Source: Nitratidesulfovibrio vulgaris str. Hildenborough (GTDB lineage: Bacteria; Desulfobacterota; Desulfovibrionia; Desulfovibrionales; Desulfovibrionaceae). From it: DNA of 32,000 bases. Position numbers and translations under genes: made by a program. The stretch is taken from the NCBI RefSeq assembly GCF_000195755.1, contig NC_002937.3, positions 1,020,001 to 1,052,000 of the forward strand. Direction: 5' to 3'. The notes below the pieces were generated by a model. The model saw only the letters and a program-made list of their open reading frames with translations. It had not been told where the DNA came from and ran no database searches. The first letter of the stretch is position 1; each line of letters starts with the position of its first letter. Below are positions 1 through 8,845 of the stretch, piece after piece.

Positions 1-1
1 T

Positions 2-856
2 GACGAGGCGTTCGCCCGTTACGGGCATCTCTCGGCGCAAGTGCTTCTCACCCGGGACGACCTGCGGAACCGTGAGCGTTTTCTCAACGCACGCAACACG
101 TTCCAGGCGCTTCTCGACTGGGGGGTCATCCCGGTCGTCAACGAGAACGACACCGTGGCGGTGCAGGAACTCAAGTTTGGCGACAACGACTGCCTTGCCA
201 GCCTGCTGCTCAACGTCGTCGAGGGCGACCTGTACGTCAACCTCACCTCCGCGTCGGGTGTCTATGCCGACAACCCGCAGACCAATCCCGAAGCCGGTAT
301 CCTGCCGTGCATCGAGGACGTGCACACGCTCGACCTCGATGTGATGTGCGGAGGCAAGACGTCTGTCGGTACCGGCGGCATGTACTCCAAGCTGCTGGCT
401 GCAAGCCGCGCCGCACAACTGGGGGTGCCGACGCTCATTCTTCCGGGGCGTGAACCGCGCATCCTCGAACGTGCCTTCTCGGGTGAACCCGTGGGGACAT
501 GGGTGCGCCCCGAGGCACGAGTCGTGTCGCGCCGCAAGTACTGGCTGGCGTACCAGTCCGAACCTTCGGGGACGGTGACGGTGGACGAGGGTGCGGCCCG
601 TGCGCTGTTGCAGCAAGGTGGAAGCCTGCTTCCGGGCGGCGTCTGCGATGTCTCCGGCGCATTCGAACCCGGGGCGCTTGTGCGTATCGCCGGGCCGGAC
701 GGAACCGTCATTGCCGTGGGTTTGTCGAATTACGGCGACCGTGACCTTGTGCGGATAAAGGGGCATCGACGTCACGAGGTGGCTGCCATTCTCGGTGATG
801 CCCATTTCCCGGAAGTGGTGCACCGCGACAACATGCTTCTGGACGCCGTGGTATAG
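2..856 (+). CDS. proB: Glutamate 5-kinase, C-terminal portion (5' end lies upstream of the window)
   Basis: The frame is open from base 2 (DEAFARYGHLSAQVLLTRDDL...), so the ATG at 41 in the ORF track is internal. Amino-acid-kinase motifs are present (IPVVNENDTVAV, KFGDNDCLAS, GTGGMYSKLLAA). A C-terminal PUA-like segment follows (TVTVDEGAARALLQQGGSLLPGGV...). Stop TAG at 854-856. Confidence 0.9.
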   Translation, partial: DEAFARYGHLSAQVLLTRDDLRNRERFLNARNTFQALLDWGVIPVVNENDTVAVQELKFGDNDCLASLLLNVVEGDLYVNLTSASGVYADNPQTNPEAGILPCIEDVHTLDLDVMCGGKTSVGTGGMYSKLLAASRAAQLGVPTLILPGREPRILERAFSGEPVGTWVRPEARVVSRRKYWLAYQSEPSGTVTVDEGAARALLQQGGSLLPGGVCDVSGAFEPGALVRIAGPDGTVIAVGLSNYGDRDLVRIKGHRRHEVAAILGDAHFPEVVHRDNMLLDAVV

Positions 857-934
857 CCCGCGAAACATCGACGTGTGGCACCCGTCGAAGGGTTTGCTGC
901 TCACGTATGGATAGAGAAGGTTAGAGGAGCCGTC

Positions 935-1741
935 ATGACACATCCCCCTTGCATTCTCACCATCGCCGGTTCCGATTCGGGCGGTGGTGCCGGTATTCAG
1001 GCCGACCTCAAGACCATGACCGTGCTTGGTGGATTCGGCATGAGCGTCATTACCGCGCTCACGGCCCAGAACGGTCTTGGCGTGACGGGCATCCACGCCC
1101 CCGATGCGGATTTCGTTGGTCTGCAACTGTCCACGGTTCTCGAAGGTTTTCCGGTGGCCGCTGCCAAGACCGGTATGCTGTTCTCCGCCCCTATCATCGA
1201 GAAGATGGCTGAAGGGCTTGCCGGAAAGACCTTCCCGCTGGTGGTCGACCCCGTATCCATAAGTCAGAGTGGACATCGCCTGTTGCAGGAGGACGCAGTG
1301 GAGGCCCTTGTGCGACACATGCTGCCACTGGCAGACCTGCTGACCCCCAACCGGCCCGAAGCCGAGATGCTGGCCGGGATGCCCATCGATACGGCGACCG
1401 ACGTGCATACGGCCATCGACCGTATCCTCGCCAAGGGGCCGCGTGCCGTACTGCTCAAGGGGGGGCATTTCGAAGGCGACGGACAGTTGGTCGACTGGCT
1501 GGGCCTTCCGGGTGGAACGCCCGTGGCTTTGCCACAGCCGCGTGTGAACACCCCCAACAACCATGGCACCGGATGTACCCTTTCGGCGGCCATCGCCACA
1601 TTTCTTGGCCTTGGGCATCCGTTACGCGAGGCTGTCGTGGCTGCACAGCAGTACCTCAACCGCTGTCTGGCCGAGAGTTACACGCCCGGCAAGGGCTTCG
1701 GGCCGCCCAATCACGCGGCCCCCTGCCAGTGCCGCGGCTAG
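935..1741 (+). CDS. thiD: Hydroxymethylpyrimidine / phosphomethylpyrimidine kinase
   Basis: ILTIAGSDSGGGAGIQADLKT is the hallmark ThiD N-terminus, and GTGCTLSAAIA is the ribokinase-family anion-hole motif. I chose the ATG at 935 because AGAGGAG lies 5-11 nt upstream; the ORF-track start at 875 is a GTG with no SD. Confidence 0.9.
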   Translation: MTHPPCILTIAGSDSGGGAGIQADLKTMTVLGGFGMSVITALTAQNGLGVTGIHAPDADFVGLQLSTVLEGFPVAAAKTGMLFSAPIIEKMAEGLAGKTFPLVVDPVSISQSGHRLLQEDAVEALVRHMLPLADLLTPNRPEAEMLAGMPIDTATDVHTAIDRILAKGPRAVLLKGGHFEGDGQLVDWLGLPGGTPVALPQPRVNTPNNHGTGCTLSAAIATFLGLGHPLREAVVAAQQYLNRCLAESYTPGKGFGPPNHAAPCQCRG

Positions 1742-2311
1742 CGTGCCTCGACGGAACGCGTCGGCATGTTCTCCGAGGCGTCTCATGGATGGCCCTTGGA
1801 TGCTGCGCTGCGGCCTCGTCAGGTCGAGGCCGACGAATGCGTCTGCCGTGAGAAGCCGCGTTGGGGGCGTCGCACCGTCATTGTCGGGCCTATGCGCCAT
1901 CCGGTCATGATTCGCCGTGATGCCGTGCCGCACCTCTGGACGCAGGTGCACGTGCCATTGCAACTCGAGAGTCCCCGTCGCCTGCGCTCCGGGGACTCTG
2001 CATATGTTTGCGGACCGCAATCCCGTGCCGCATCGCACGACATCATCGTCGGTGACAGCGTCCTGCGCTGTCAAAGTGCACTTTCAAACTGGCGCTGTTG
2101 CCCGGCGGGGCGTAGGGGGCTGGGGCACTAGTCGAAAGGGGCACGCCTTCAGGGTGGAAGTGCGCCTTGCAGAGGTCGCCGCAGGCCCTTTCGCCTGCTG
2201 CGCGATCGCAGGCCGTCCTCTCCGCTGTGCACTATACCCCTCGCCATCGTCGGACTTGGAAACGTACGGGGGTTGCGCTAGTGTGCGCGGGTGCCTCATC
2301 GCTGCGGTGAG

Positions 2312-2347
2312 ACACCTTCGTTCCGGTGCAATCCGGCGCGAAGGTGT
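2312..2347 (+). promoter_or_regulatory. Leader hairpin upstream of the kinase gene
   Basis: ACACCTTCG (2312-2320) is the exact reverse complement of CGAAGGTGT (2339-2347). An inner CCGG-TGCAAT-CCGG element lies between them. The structure ends 14 nt before the AGGAGA SD of the 2374 start. Confidence 0.3.
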
Positions 2348-2373
2348 ACGACACACCATTTTCAGGAGAGCCC

Positions 2374-3549
2374 ATGTCCGCCTGCCATGAAACGTACTGT
2401 GCTCCGCCGGAGCGTGTAACCCCTGACGAATTGCAGCGGCAGGTCGCTCTTTTCCGGTCGATACCGCTCACTGAACTGCTTGACGCGGTGGGTGAGGTCG
2501 TGCTGGTGCTCAATACCTGTCGGCAGGTCGTCCACGCCAACCGGAATCTGCTCAGCCTTCTGGGCCTTCAGGAAGCCGCGCATCTTTTCGGGCAGCGCCC
2601 GGGCGAGGTCTTGCAATGCGAACATGCGTGCGAGGGGCCCAACGGTTGCGGCACGGCGGAAGGATGCCGCCCGTGCGGGGCGTTGCAGTCTATTCTTGCC
2701 GGTATCGGCGGAGAGCGGGTCGAGGGCGAATGCCGCATCACCCGGACGTTGCAGGGGCGTCTCTCGGCCTGTGATTTCAAGGTGTGCGCCACACCCATGA
2801 CGCGCGAGGGCGACCACTTCGTCATCCTGTCCATGTCCGACATCAGCCATGAGAAACGCCGTAGCGCACTGGAGCGCATCTTTTTCCACGACCTGTTGAA
2901 CATGGCGGGGGGCTTGCGCAGCATATCCGGCTTGCTCGTCGAGGATGTACCGCTGGATGTGCGGGCGGATATGCTGCTGGTGCATCGCTATGCGACGGCG
3001 CTGGTCGAGGAGATTCTGGCCCAGCGGGTGCTCGTGGCTGCCGAGAACGATGAACTTGGCGTCGAATTGCGAGACGTGCAGGCACGTGAGGTGCTGCGCG
3101 ACGTCATCGAACTCTACCGTACCCACGAGGCATGCATCGACAAGCGCCTTGTCATGGAACCTTGTGGCGGGCACCTGCTCATTTCCACCGACAGGGTCCT
3201 GCTGGCGAGAGTGCTTGGCAATCTCGTGAAGAACGCGCTTGAAGCCTCGCCGCGTGGTGGTGTGGTGACGGCAGGTTGTGAAGCCACACCCTCCGGAGTG
3301 ACGTTCCGGGTGCATAATGCCGGATTCATCTCCCCGGAAGTGCGGGCACAGATGTTCCAGCGCTCGTTCTCCACCAAGGGACAAGGACGTGGCCTTGGCA
3401 TGTACGGTGTGCGCCTGCTCACGGGCAACTACCTTGGCGGACGGGTCGAGTGCCTGTCATCCCGTGACTCGGGTACGACACTGCTGGTGATTCTTCCCCG
3501 GTATCTGAAACACCGGCAGGACGGCAAGGAGAGGCCGGATGCCGATTGA
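2374..3549 (+). CDS. Soluble sensor histidine kinase, Cys-rich PAS-like input + HisKA + HATPase_c
   Basis: H-box ERIFFHDLLNMAGGL, N-box LGNLVKNALEAS, G-boxes VHNAG and GRGLGMYGV. No hydrophobic TM stretch. The input region carries C-x3-C-x5-CGT-x3-C-x2-C. ATG at 2374 is preceded by AGGAGA. Confidence 0.9.
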   Translation: MSACHETYCAPPERVTPDELQRQVALFRSIPLTELLDAVGEVVLVLNTCRQVVHANRNLLSLLGLQEAAHLFGQRPGEVLQCEHACEGPNGCGTAEGCRPCGALQSILAGIGGERVEGECRITRTLQGRLSACDFKVCATPMTREGDHFVILSMSDISHEKRRSALERIFFHDLLNMAGGLRSISGLLVEDVPLDVRADMLLVHRYATALVEEILAQRVLVAAENDELGVELRDVQAREVLRDVIELYRTHEACIDKRLVMEPCGGHLLISTDRVLLARVLGNLVKNALEASPRGGVVTAGCEATPSGVTFRVHNAGFISPEVRAQMFQRSFSTKGQGRGLGMYGVRLLTGNYLGGRVECLSSRDSGTTLLVILPRYLKHRQDGKERPDAD

Positions 3550-4783
3550 CGCGACCGGGTCGCAAGGACAGGGCAGACCGGGAGACGGAGACGACGCGCC
3601 GAATGCCGCATCGCCCGGTATCCGGAAGCCCGGGGCTTCCCCTGCGAAGGGCGGCTTGCCGCATCGAGGCGGCATCCGCCCCTTGCGTGTACTGCTGGCA
3701 GAGGATGACCCGCTTGTGGCGCATCACATCCGTGGTCTTGTACAGCGGATAGGTCAGGAGGTCGTGGGAACGGCAGCCACTGCAGGGGAGGTCATGTCCC
3801 TTGCTGCCCAGACCCGCCCTGATGTCGTACTCATGGACATCTGGCTTGAGGGCGGTTCCAGCGGCATCGAAGCCACGCAACATCTCGTGGCCGAACATGA
3901 TTTGCCCGTGCTGCTGGTCTCCGGCACCTCCAGCAGCGACATCGTGGATGATGCCATCGCTTCGGGGGCTCTCGGGTTCATCAGCAAGCCCGTCACCGCC
4001 GCAGAGTTGCAGGTCAACCTGCGTATCGTCCGGCACAGGCAGGACCTGCTGAACCGGCTTCGTGAGAGTGAGGAGCGGTTCCGTTCCATTTTCGACAATG
4101 CAGCCGTCGGAATCTATGTCTGCACGCTCGAAGGACGTCTTGTCACCGTCAACGCCACCTTCGCCCGCATGCTGGGCTACACGGGGCAGGCCGAGATGCT
4201 GCGGCTTGTGCGCGACTTTGGCGAACAGGTCTACGACGACCCCGGTCGCAGAAGGCATCTGTGTGAGCGCTTGCTGGCAGGCGAGCCCGTGGAAGGTGTG
4301 GAATCGCTCATCTATGGGCGTGATGGTGAGGCCCTGTGGGTGAGCGAGCATTGCAGGCTCGTGCGTCGGGAGGATGGTGTAGCCACGCGGTACGAGGGTA
4401 TCGTCGTCGACATCACTGCCCGCAAGGATGCGGAACAGCGCGAACGAACGACCATGGAACTCTTGAGAAGCACCATGGACGCCCTGCCGGACCTTGTCAT
4501 ATTGCAGGACTTCGACCGTAACGTCATCATGGTCAACAGGTCCTGTGCCTCATCGGGCATGGTGGCACCCGGAGACGTGGTTTGCGAGACCCCGGGCGAC
4601 ATGGCGGGCGAGACTCCCTTCGACATGTTCCGTCGCGACGGTGATGAACATGAGGGTCTCGTGAGGCTGTCCGGCACCGGGCGTGTGTGGTGGTCGCGCG
4701 TGGCCCCTTTCCGGAGTCCGGAAGGAGAGATTGTGGGGGCTGTGGAGATTTTGCGGGCGCATGATGGAGAGACGGATGCGTAA
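3539..4783 (+). CDS. Response regulator: receiver domain followed by two PAS-like domains, no recognisable output domain
   Basis: REC motifs are present (RVLLAEDDP, VVLMDIWLEG, FISKP). PAS signatures follow (SEERFRSIFDNAAVGIYVCTLEGRLVTVNATFARMLGY, then a second block MDALPDLVILQDFDRNVIMVN). The ATG overlaps the kinase stop (ATGCCGATTGA, 11-nt overlap), which suggests translational coupling. The roughly 45-aa Gly/Pro-rich N-terminal extension is uncertain. Confidence 0.85.
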   Translation: MPIDATGSQGQGRPGDGDDAPNAASPGIRKPGASPAKGGLPHRGGIRPLRVLLAEDDPLVAHHIRGLVQRIGQEVVGTAATAGEVMSLAAQTRPDVVLMDIWLEGGSSGIEATQHLVAEHDLPVLLVSGTSSSDIVDDAIASGALGFISKPVTAAELQVNLRIVRHRQDLLNRLRESEERFRSIFDNAAVGIYVCTLEGRLVTVNATFARMLGYTGQAEMLRLVRDFGEQVYDDPGRRRHLCERLLAGEPVEGVESLIYGRDGEALWVSEHCRLVRREDGVATRYEGIVVDITARKDAEQRERTTMELLRSTMDALPDLVILQDFDRNVIMVNRSCASSGMVAPGDVVCETPGDMAGETPFDMFRRDGDEHEGLVRLSGTGRVWWSRVAPFRSPEGEIVGAVEILRAHDGETDA

Positions 4784-5024
4784 ACATGCCTTCGTGAAGG
4801 TCGATTGCAACTGTCTTCGTCGTGCCACCAATTTCAAGTGCAAGCATTGTGGTGTGATGGAATACCGCAGCGAACGCGAGATACGCAATCTGCCGCTTTC
4901 GCTGGCCCGATGTGAAGACGCAGGGGCCCCGGCCCCGAGTCCCGAAGAGAAGCTTCGCGGTATGTTCGGGGGAGGGTTCGATTGCCTTGCTACGGGCGAG
5001 GAGGGCGAAGACAGCCAAGAGTGA
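4776..5024 (+). CDS. Possible small (82 aa) zinc-ribbon-like protein
   Basis: [30 protein letters not shown] gives a CxC-x10-CxxC knuckle pair followed by an acidic tail. GGAGAG lies 4 nt upstream of the ATG, which overlaps the stop of the preceding gene. Third-position GC looks lower than in neighbouring genes, so coding status is uncertain. Confidence 0.4.
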   Translation: MRKHAFVKVDCNCLRRATNFKCKHCGVMEYRSEREIRNLPLSLARCEDAGAPAPSPEEKLRGMFGGGFDCLATGEEGEDSQE

Positions 5025-5101
5025 TTGCATTCCGTGACTTGTCCGGTAGAATGGTGATGTGGGCCTGTGGGAGGGCGACACTCAATCTGGCCGGGGTGGT
5101 C

Positions 5102-7525
5102 ATGGGTATCAGACAGAAACTGTTTCTTCCGTTTGCGTTGGCAGTGTTCATCCTTGGGGCAGGTGCCTACTGGGTGCTCTCAGGTGAACTTCATGCTCTC
5201 AAAAGTGTCTTTCTTGAACGCATAGCCGAATCGAAATCGAGCGAACTTGCCCAGAATGTCGAGCTTCTCGGCACGCAAGCACTGGAGCAGGCTTCGCTTT
5301 TCTCCGCGTTGCCCGTCGTGCAGGAGGCCTATGCCATCGCCATGTCGGGGAACATCGCCGACGAGCGTGATGCCAAAGGCCAAGAGGCGCGTGAACTGCT
5401 GCGCCGTGAACTCAAGGGGCACCTTCAGTCGTTCGAGGCGATCAACGGGCGCAAGTTCAAGCTGCATTTCCACCTGCCCAACGGGCGTAGCCTCGTGCGC
5501 CTGTGGTCGGCGAAGCAGGTCAAGCGCGACGGTCAGGGGGTGGACGTTTCCGACGACATCTCGACGTTCAGGCAGACCGTGGTCGAGGTCAACCGAAGCG
5601 GTCAGCCGCGCAAGGGCATCGAGGTCGGGCGCGGCGGTTTCGACGTGCGTGGCGTTTCTCCGGTGCGTGATGCCTCCGGGAAGCAGATAGGTTCCGTCGA
5701 AGTGCTGGTGGAGTTCGCGCCCTTGCTCGAAGTCGCATCGCGCGGGCAAGGCGAGGACCTTATGCTCTTCATGAACACCAGCCTGCAGGACATCGCCAAC
5801 GGGATGTCGGACAGGTCCAAGCACCCTCTGGTCGGCAGCGACTTCATGCTGGCCACGGGCAACCCGAAATCACCCGCGTTCGCCAAGGTCTCGCCGCAAC
5901 TGCTGACGGCGGGACGCACCGGCGTCCACGTCGAGGATGAAGGCGGAACCGCGCTGATGTCGTTCCCCGTGAAGGACTACAAGGGTGAACAGGTCGGCGT
6001 GTTCGTCTTTGTCATGGACAACTCGGCTGCGGCAGCCATCTTCGATACCTTCGCCAAGGTGATGCTCGTGGCGTTGCTTGCCCTTCTCGTCGTGCCCGGC
6101 ATCATCTTCTCCACCTTGCTCACCCGCGTCGTGGTCAGACCTGTGGGCAACGTGGTGCGGCTCATCCGTGACATCACCGAAGACAGGGCCAACCTGAACG
6201 ACAGGCTCGCCGATACCGATTCCGGCGAGGTTGGCGAACTGTGCCGCTGGTTCAACCGGCTCATGGGCAAGATAGAGGACATCCTCTGTTCTGTGGAAGG
6301 GTACAAGAACATCGTCAATGCCATCCCCGACCCCGTCTTCGCCGTCGATGACGACTATAATATCCTGCTGGCCAACAACGCCGTCGCAAGGCTTGCAGGA
6401 AAGACGGATGGCGAACAGGTACGCGGCATGCGGTGCAGTTCCATCTTCAACACGTCGGTGTGCGGCACCGACAGGTGCCCCATCTGCCAGGCACGAACCA
6501 AGCAGGGGCGCTACGAGGCCGAAATCATCGAACTCAACATCCACGGGAAGAGCCGCTGGATTCGTCCGTATGGCGATATCCTACACGATTGCCACGGGCA
6601 ACGGGCAGGTTACCTCGAGGTGGCCAGTGATGTGACGGAACTCTATCGCAAGGAGACCGAACTCAAGGGGCACATGTCGCGGATGCAGGCGGTCAACACC
6701 GAGGTCGTCGAAGTGGCTTCGCAGGTCGCCGAGGCCTCGGCCAGCATCGAGGAACAGACGCGACAGGTGCTTTCGAGTGCCGATTCGCAGCGGCACCTCA
6801 TCGCCGAGAGCGTGGGGGCCATAGGCCAGATGAACGACACCATCATGGAGGTGGCCCGCAGCGCCGCACTCGCTTCGCAACAGGCCGGAAGCGGACAGAC
6901 CAAGGCGCAGGAGGGGTCGCGTATCGTGAGCGACGCGGTGCAGGCCATCGGCACGGTCAGTCAGCTTTCGGGCGTGTTGCGGACCAACCTCACCGAGTTG
7001 GGCGGGCAGGCCGAATCCATCGGGCAGATCATGAACGTCATCTCCGACATCGCCGACCAGACCAACCTGCTGGCGCTCAACGCCGCCATCGAAGCGGCGC
7101 GGGCGGGTGAAGCCGGAAGGGGATTCGCCGTCGTCGCGGACGAGGTTCGCAAGCTTGCCGAGAAGACCATGAATGCCACGCAAGAGGTGCGCCGTTCCAT
7201 CGAGACCATCCAGAGTGGTGCGGCCCGCAACATCTCCAGCATGGAGGAGGTCGCCAGCGCCGTCGGTCAGGCCACGGTACTGGCTGAACGCTCGGGTACG
7301 GCCTTGCGGGAGATCGTCGCACTGGTCAACGACACTTCGTCGCAGGTGACGGCCATCGCCACCGCTGCCGAGGAACAGTCGGCTTCGAGTGAGGAGATAA
7401 AGCGCAGCGTGGAGCAGGTGAGTGCCCTTTCCGAGGAGACGGCGCAACGGATGGAGGATGCCGCCAGGGCAGTCAACGACCTGACGGGGTTGGCGCAACG
7501 CCTCGGTCATCTCTCCCGCAGCTAG
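5102..7525 (+). CDS. Methyl-accepting chemotaxis protein: TM, periplasmic Cache-type domain, TM, HAMP, Cys-rich PAS, MA signalling domain
   Basis: The N-terminal TM is [19 protein letters not shown]. The Cache-like core is [18 protein letters not shown]...[10 protein letters not shown]. The second TM is [21 protein letters not shown], followed by HAMP. The conserved MCP hairpin is [42 protein letters not shown] took the ATG at 5102 (MGIRQK...) because the upstream extension in the ORF track is not protein-like. Confidence 0.92.
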   Translation: MGIRQKLFLPFALAVFILGAGAYWVLSGELHALKSVFLERIAESKSSELAQNVELLGTQALEQASLFSALPVVQEAYAIAMSGNIADERDAKGQEARELLRRELKGHLQSFEAINGRKFKLHFHLPNGRSLVRLWSAKQVKRDGQGVDVSDDISTFRQTVVEVNRSGQPRKGIEVGRGGFDVRGVSPVRDASGKQIGSVEVLVEFAPLLEVASRGQGEDLMLFMNTSLQDIANGMSDRSKHPLVGSDFMLATGNPKSPAFAKVSPQLLTAGRTGVHVEDEGGTALMSFPVKDYKGEQVGVFVFVMDNSAAAAIFDTFAKVMLVALLALLVVPGIIFSTLLTRVVVRPVGNVVRLIRDITEDRANLNDRLADTDSGEVGELCRWFNRLMGKIEDILCSVEGYKNIVNAIPDPVFAVDDDYNILLANNAVARLAGKTDGEQVRGMRCSSIFNTSVCGTDRCPICQARTKQGRYEAEIIELNIHGKSRWIRPYGDILHDCHGQRAGYLEVASDVTELYRKETELKGHMSRMQAVNTEVVEVASQVAEASASIEEQTRQVLSSADSQRHLIAESVGAIGQMNDTIMEVARSAALASQQAGSGQTKAQEGSRIVSDAVQAIGTVSQLSGVLRTNLTELGGQAESIGQIMNVISDIADQTNLLALNAAIEAARAGEAGRGFAVVADEVRKLAEKTMNATQEVRRSIETIQSGAARNISSMEEVASAVGQATVLAERSGTALREIVALVNDTSSQVTAIATAAEEQSASSEEIKRSVEQVSALSEETAQRMEDAARAVNDLTGLAQRLGHLSRS

Positions 7526-7543
7526 TCACTGAATGCAACGGAA

Positions 7544-7573
7544 GCCCTGAACCGCCGCACGGCGGTTCAGGGC
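7544..7573 (+). terminator. GC-rich hairpin immediately after the MCP gene
   Basis: GCCCTGAACCGCC (7544-7556), loop GCAC, GGCGGTTCAGGGC (7561-7573). This is a perfect 13-bp stem. Confidence 0.5.
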
Positions 7574-7576
7574 GCT

Positions 7577-7618
7577 GACCAGCCTCGCTTCTACGGATGC
7601 GAGGCTGGTCCTTTTTGG
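7577..7618 (+). terminator. Rho-independent terminator of the MCP transcript
   Basis: GACCAGCCTCGC (7577-7588) pairs with GCGAGGCTGGTC (7599-7610) and is followed by CTTTTTGG. Confidence 0.8.
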
Positions 7619-7619
7619 T

Positions 7620-7635
7620 GCAAGACGCGTCTTGC
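7620..7635. repeat. Perfect 16-bp palindrome GCAAGACGCGTCTTGC
   Basis: The sequence is self-complementary when read directly. It sits just after the terminator T-tract, at the edge of a 540-bp non-coding gap. Confidence 0.6.
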
Positions 7636-8060
7636 CCGGAAGACCTGACAGCCCGGAAAACGTGAGGCCGTGGCCGTGTCGCATGGTGGGCTTGGGCCCC
7701 TGTGGGGTCTGCATACGTATCGCGGGGAGTCTTGCACAGGGCACCGCCCTCCTTGCCGTGCCTCCGGATGGCCCCGGTGATGCCGCGGCAGGGACGCCGT
7801 GCGCCCAGGGTCGTCTGCTGCGTATGCAATGTGGGCGCAAGAAGCATGAACGGTTGCGAAGTGACGACAGTGCGTGATGGGATGTGCACGTAGGCTTCAG
7901 TCCCTGAACGCCATCATGAGTTTGCGGAGAGAAGCCAAGCCGCGTTGGATCCTTCGAAAGCGTGGGGGAGTCCATCCGGGACACCCTGCGTGGCCTGCGG
8001 TGCATCAAGAGAGAGTAGAGCTGATTCAGGTTATAATCATGCACTATGGGATGGCGTTTG

Positions 8061-8088
8061 TTGACACCAGTTGATTCGAGATGCTAAT
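8061..8088 (+). promoter_or_regulatory. Candidate sigma-70 promoter for the HTH gene
   Basis: TTGACA (8061-8066), 16-nt spacer, GCTAAT (8083-8088). It lies in a locally AT-richer stretch about 70 nt upstream of the 8158 start. Confidence 0.35.
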
Positions 8089-8157
8089 CGCGCATTGATG
8101 TGTTGCAAAGTTACCGGAAATGGTCCGGTGCGTGCGACACTCAGGTGGAGCACCCTG

Positions 8158-8445
8158 ATGCAGAAGACCACCTTCACACTCGGCGAAGCCGCCGAACTGC
8201 TCAGTTGCCACAAGGAGACGCTGCGCCGTGCCATCAAGGATGGCGCGTTGCGGGCGGCCCGTCTTGGGCGCGGCTATCGCATTTCGCGTATCGACCTTGA
8301 GGCGTTCTGGACAGCTCAAGGCGGTGGCGAGCTTTTCGGAGAAACGGTTGGCGAAGACCAGCCCGTCTCCCCTGCGCAACCGCGTGAGGAGAAACGGCGC
8401 AAGGAACCGACCGGGCCACGGCAACTGACCCTGCCCACATCCTAG
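8158..8445 (+). CDS. Excisionase/MerR-superfamily helix-turn-helix DNA-binding protein (95 aa)
   Basis: TLGEAAELLSCHKETLRRAIKDGALRAARLGRGYRISRIDLEAFW is the typical excisionase-family HTH pattern. The tail is basic and disordered. AGGTGGAG SD lies 7 nt before the ATG at 8158. Confidence 0.8.
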   Translation: MQKTTFTLGEAAELLSCHKETLRRAIKDGALRAARLGRGYRISRIDLEAFWTAQGGGELFGETVGEDQPVSPAQPREEKRRKEPTGPRQLTLPTS

Positions 8446-8458
8446 AAGAGGAGGCTGC

Positions 8459-8845
8459 ATGGGTTCCGACATGACCTGCAGGGCGATGGAGGATCTGGTG
8501 TTGCGCAACGATGCCGGAGAAGACATCGCATTCAAGGGGCGTCTGTTCTCCGAGTGTTCGTGGTACGATGAGGAGCAGGGCGTTCTGACACGGCAAAAGC
8601 TCTTCATCACCGAAGACAACGAACAGGTCTACTACATTGTCACCGGTTCCGGCGCCGAACGCTCACGGCGTGCCTATCGTCTGCGCCTTGAAGGTGACCA
8701 GTGCGTCATCTGCAATGGCACCAGCGAGATGGTGGTGCAGCTTGATTTGCTCATGCTGGCCGTGCGGGGCTTGTGCGGGTTCGACCTTGCGGGTGAGCAG
8801 CTTCTCGCCAGTATCGAAGAGACGCTCAAGGCTGCCAACGGCTAG
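8459..8845 (+). CDS. Hypothetical acidic protein (128 aa), no recognised domain
   Basis: A strong AGGAGG lies 5 nt upstream of the ATG, 13 nt after the HTH gene stop. The ORF is followed by a hairpin plus T8. Composition is plausible for a protein, but I recognise no motif. Confidence 0.65.
   Translation: MGSDMTCRAMEDLVLRNDAGEDIAFKGRLFSECSWYDEEQGVLTRQKLFITEDNEQVYYIVTGSGAERSRRAYRLRLEGDQCVICNGTSEMVVQLDLLMLAVRGLCGFDLAGEQLLASIEETLKAANG

Noticed and set aside
2362-4351. 340-aa and 310-aa minus-strand ORFs
   Set aside because: They are antisense shadows of the kinase and response-regulator genes.
4982-5101. N-terminal extensions offered by the ORF track (MCP from 4982; likewise 875, 2326, 11438, 17070, 23654, 24693, 26302, 31417)
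   Set aside because: In each case an internal ATG or GTG with a good Shine-Dalgarno gives a family-typical N-terminus. The extension is non-protein-like or overlaps a neighbouring gene.
7526-8044. 172-aa minus-strand ORF in the long intergenic gap
   Set aside because: It is the only sizeable ORF there, but it is Arg/Pro/Ser/Gly-rich and runs through both terminator hairpins of the MCP gene. It has no SD and no recognisable domain. I treat the region as non-coding or decayed.
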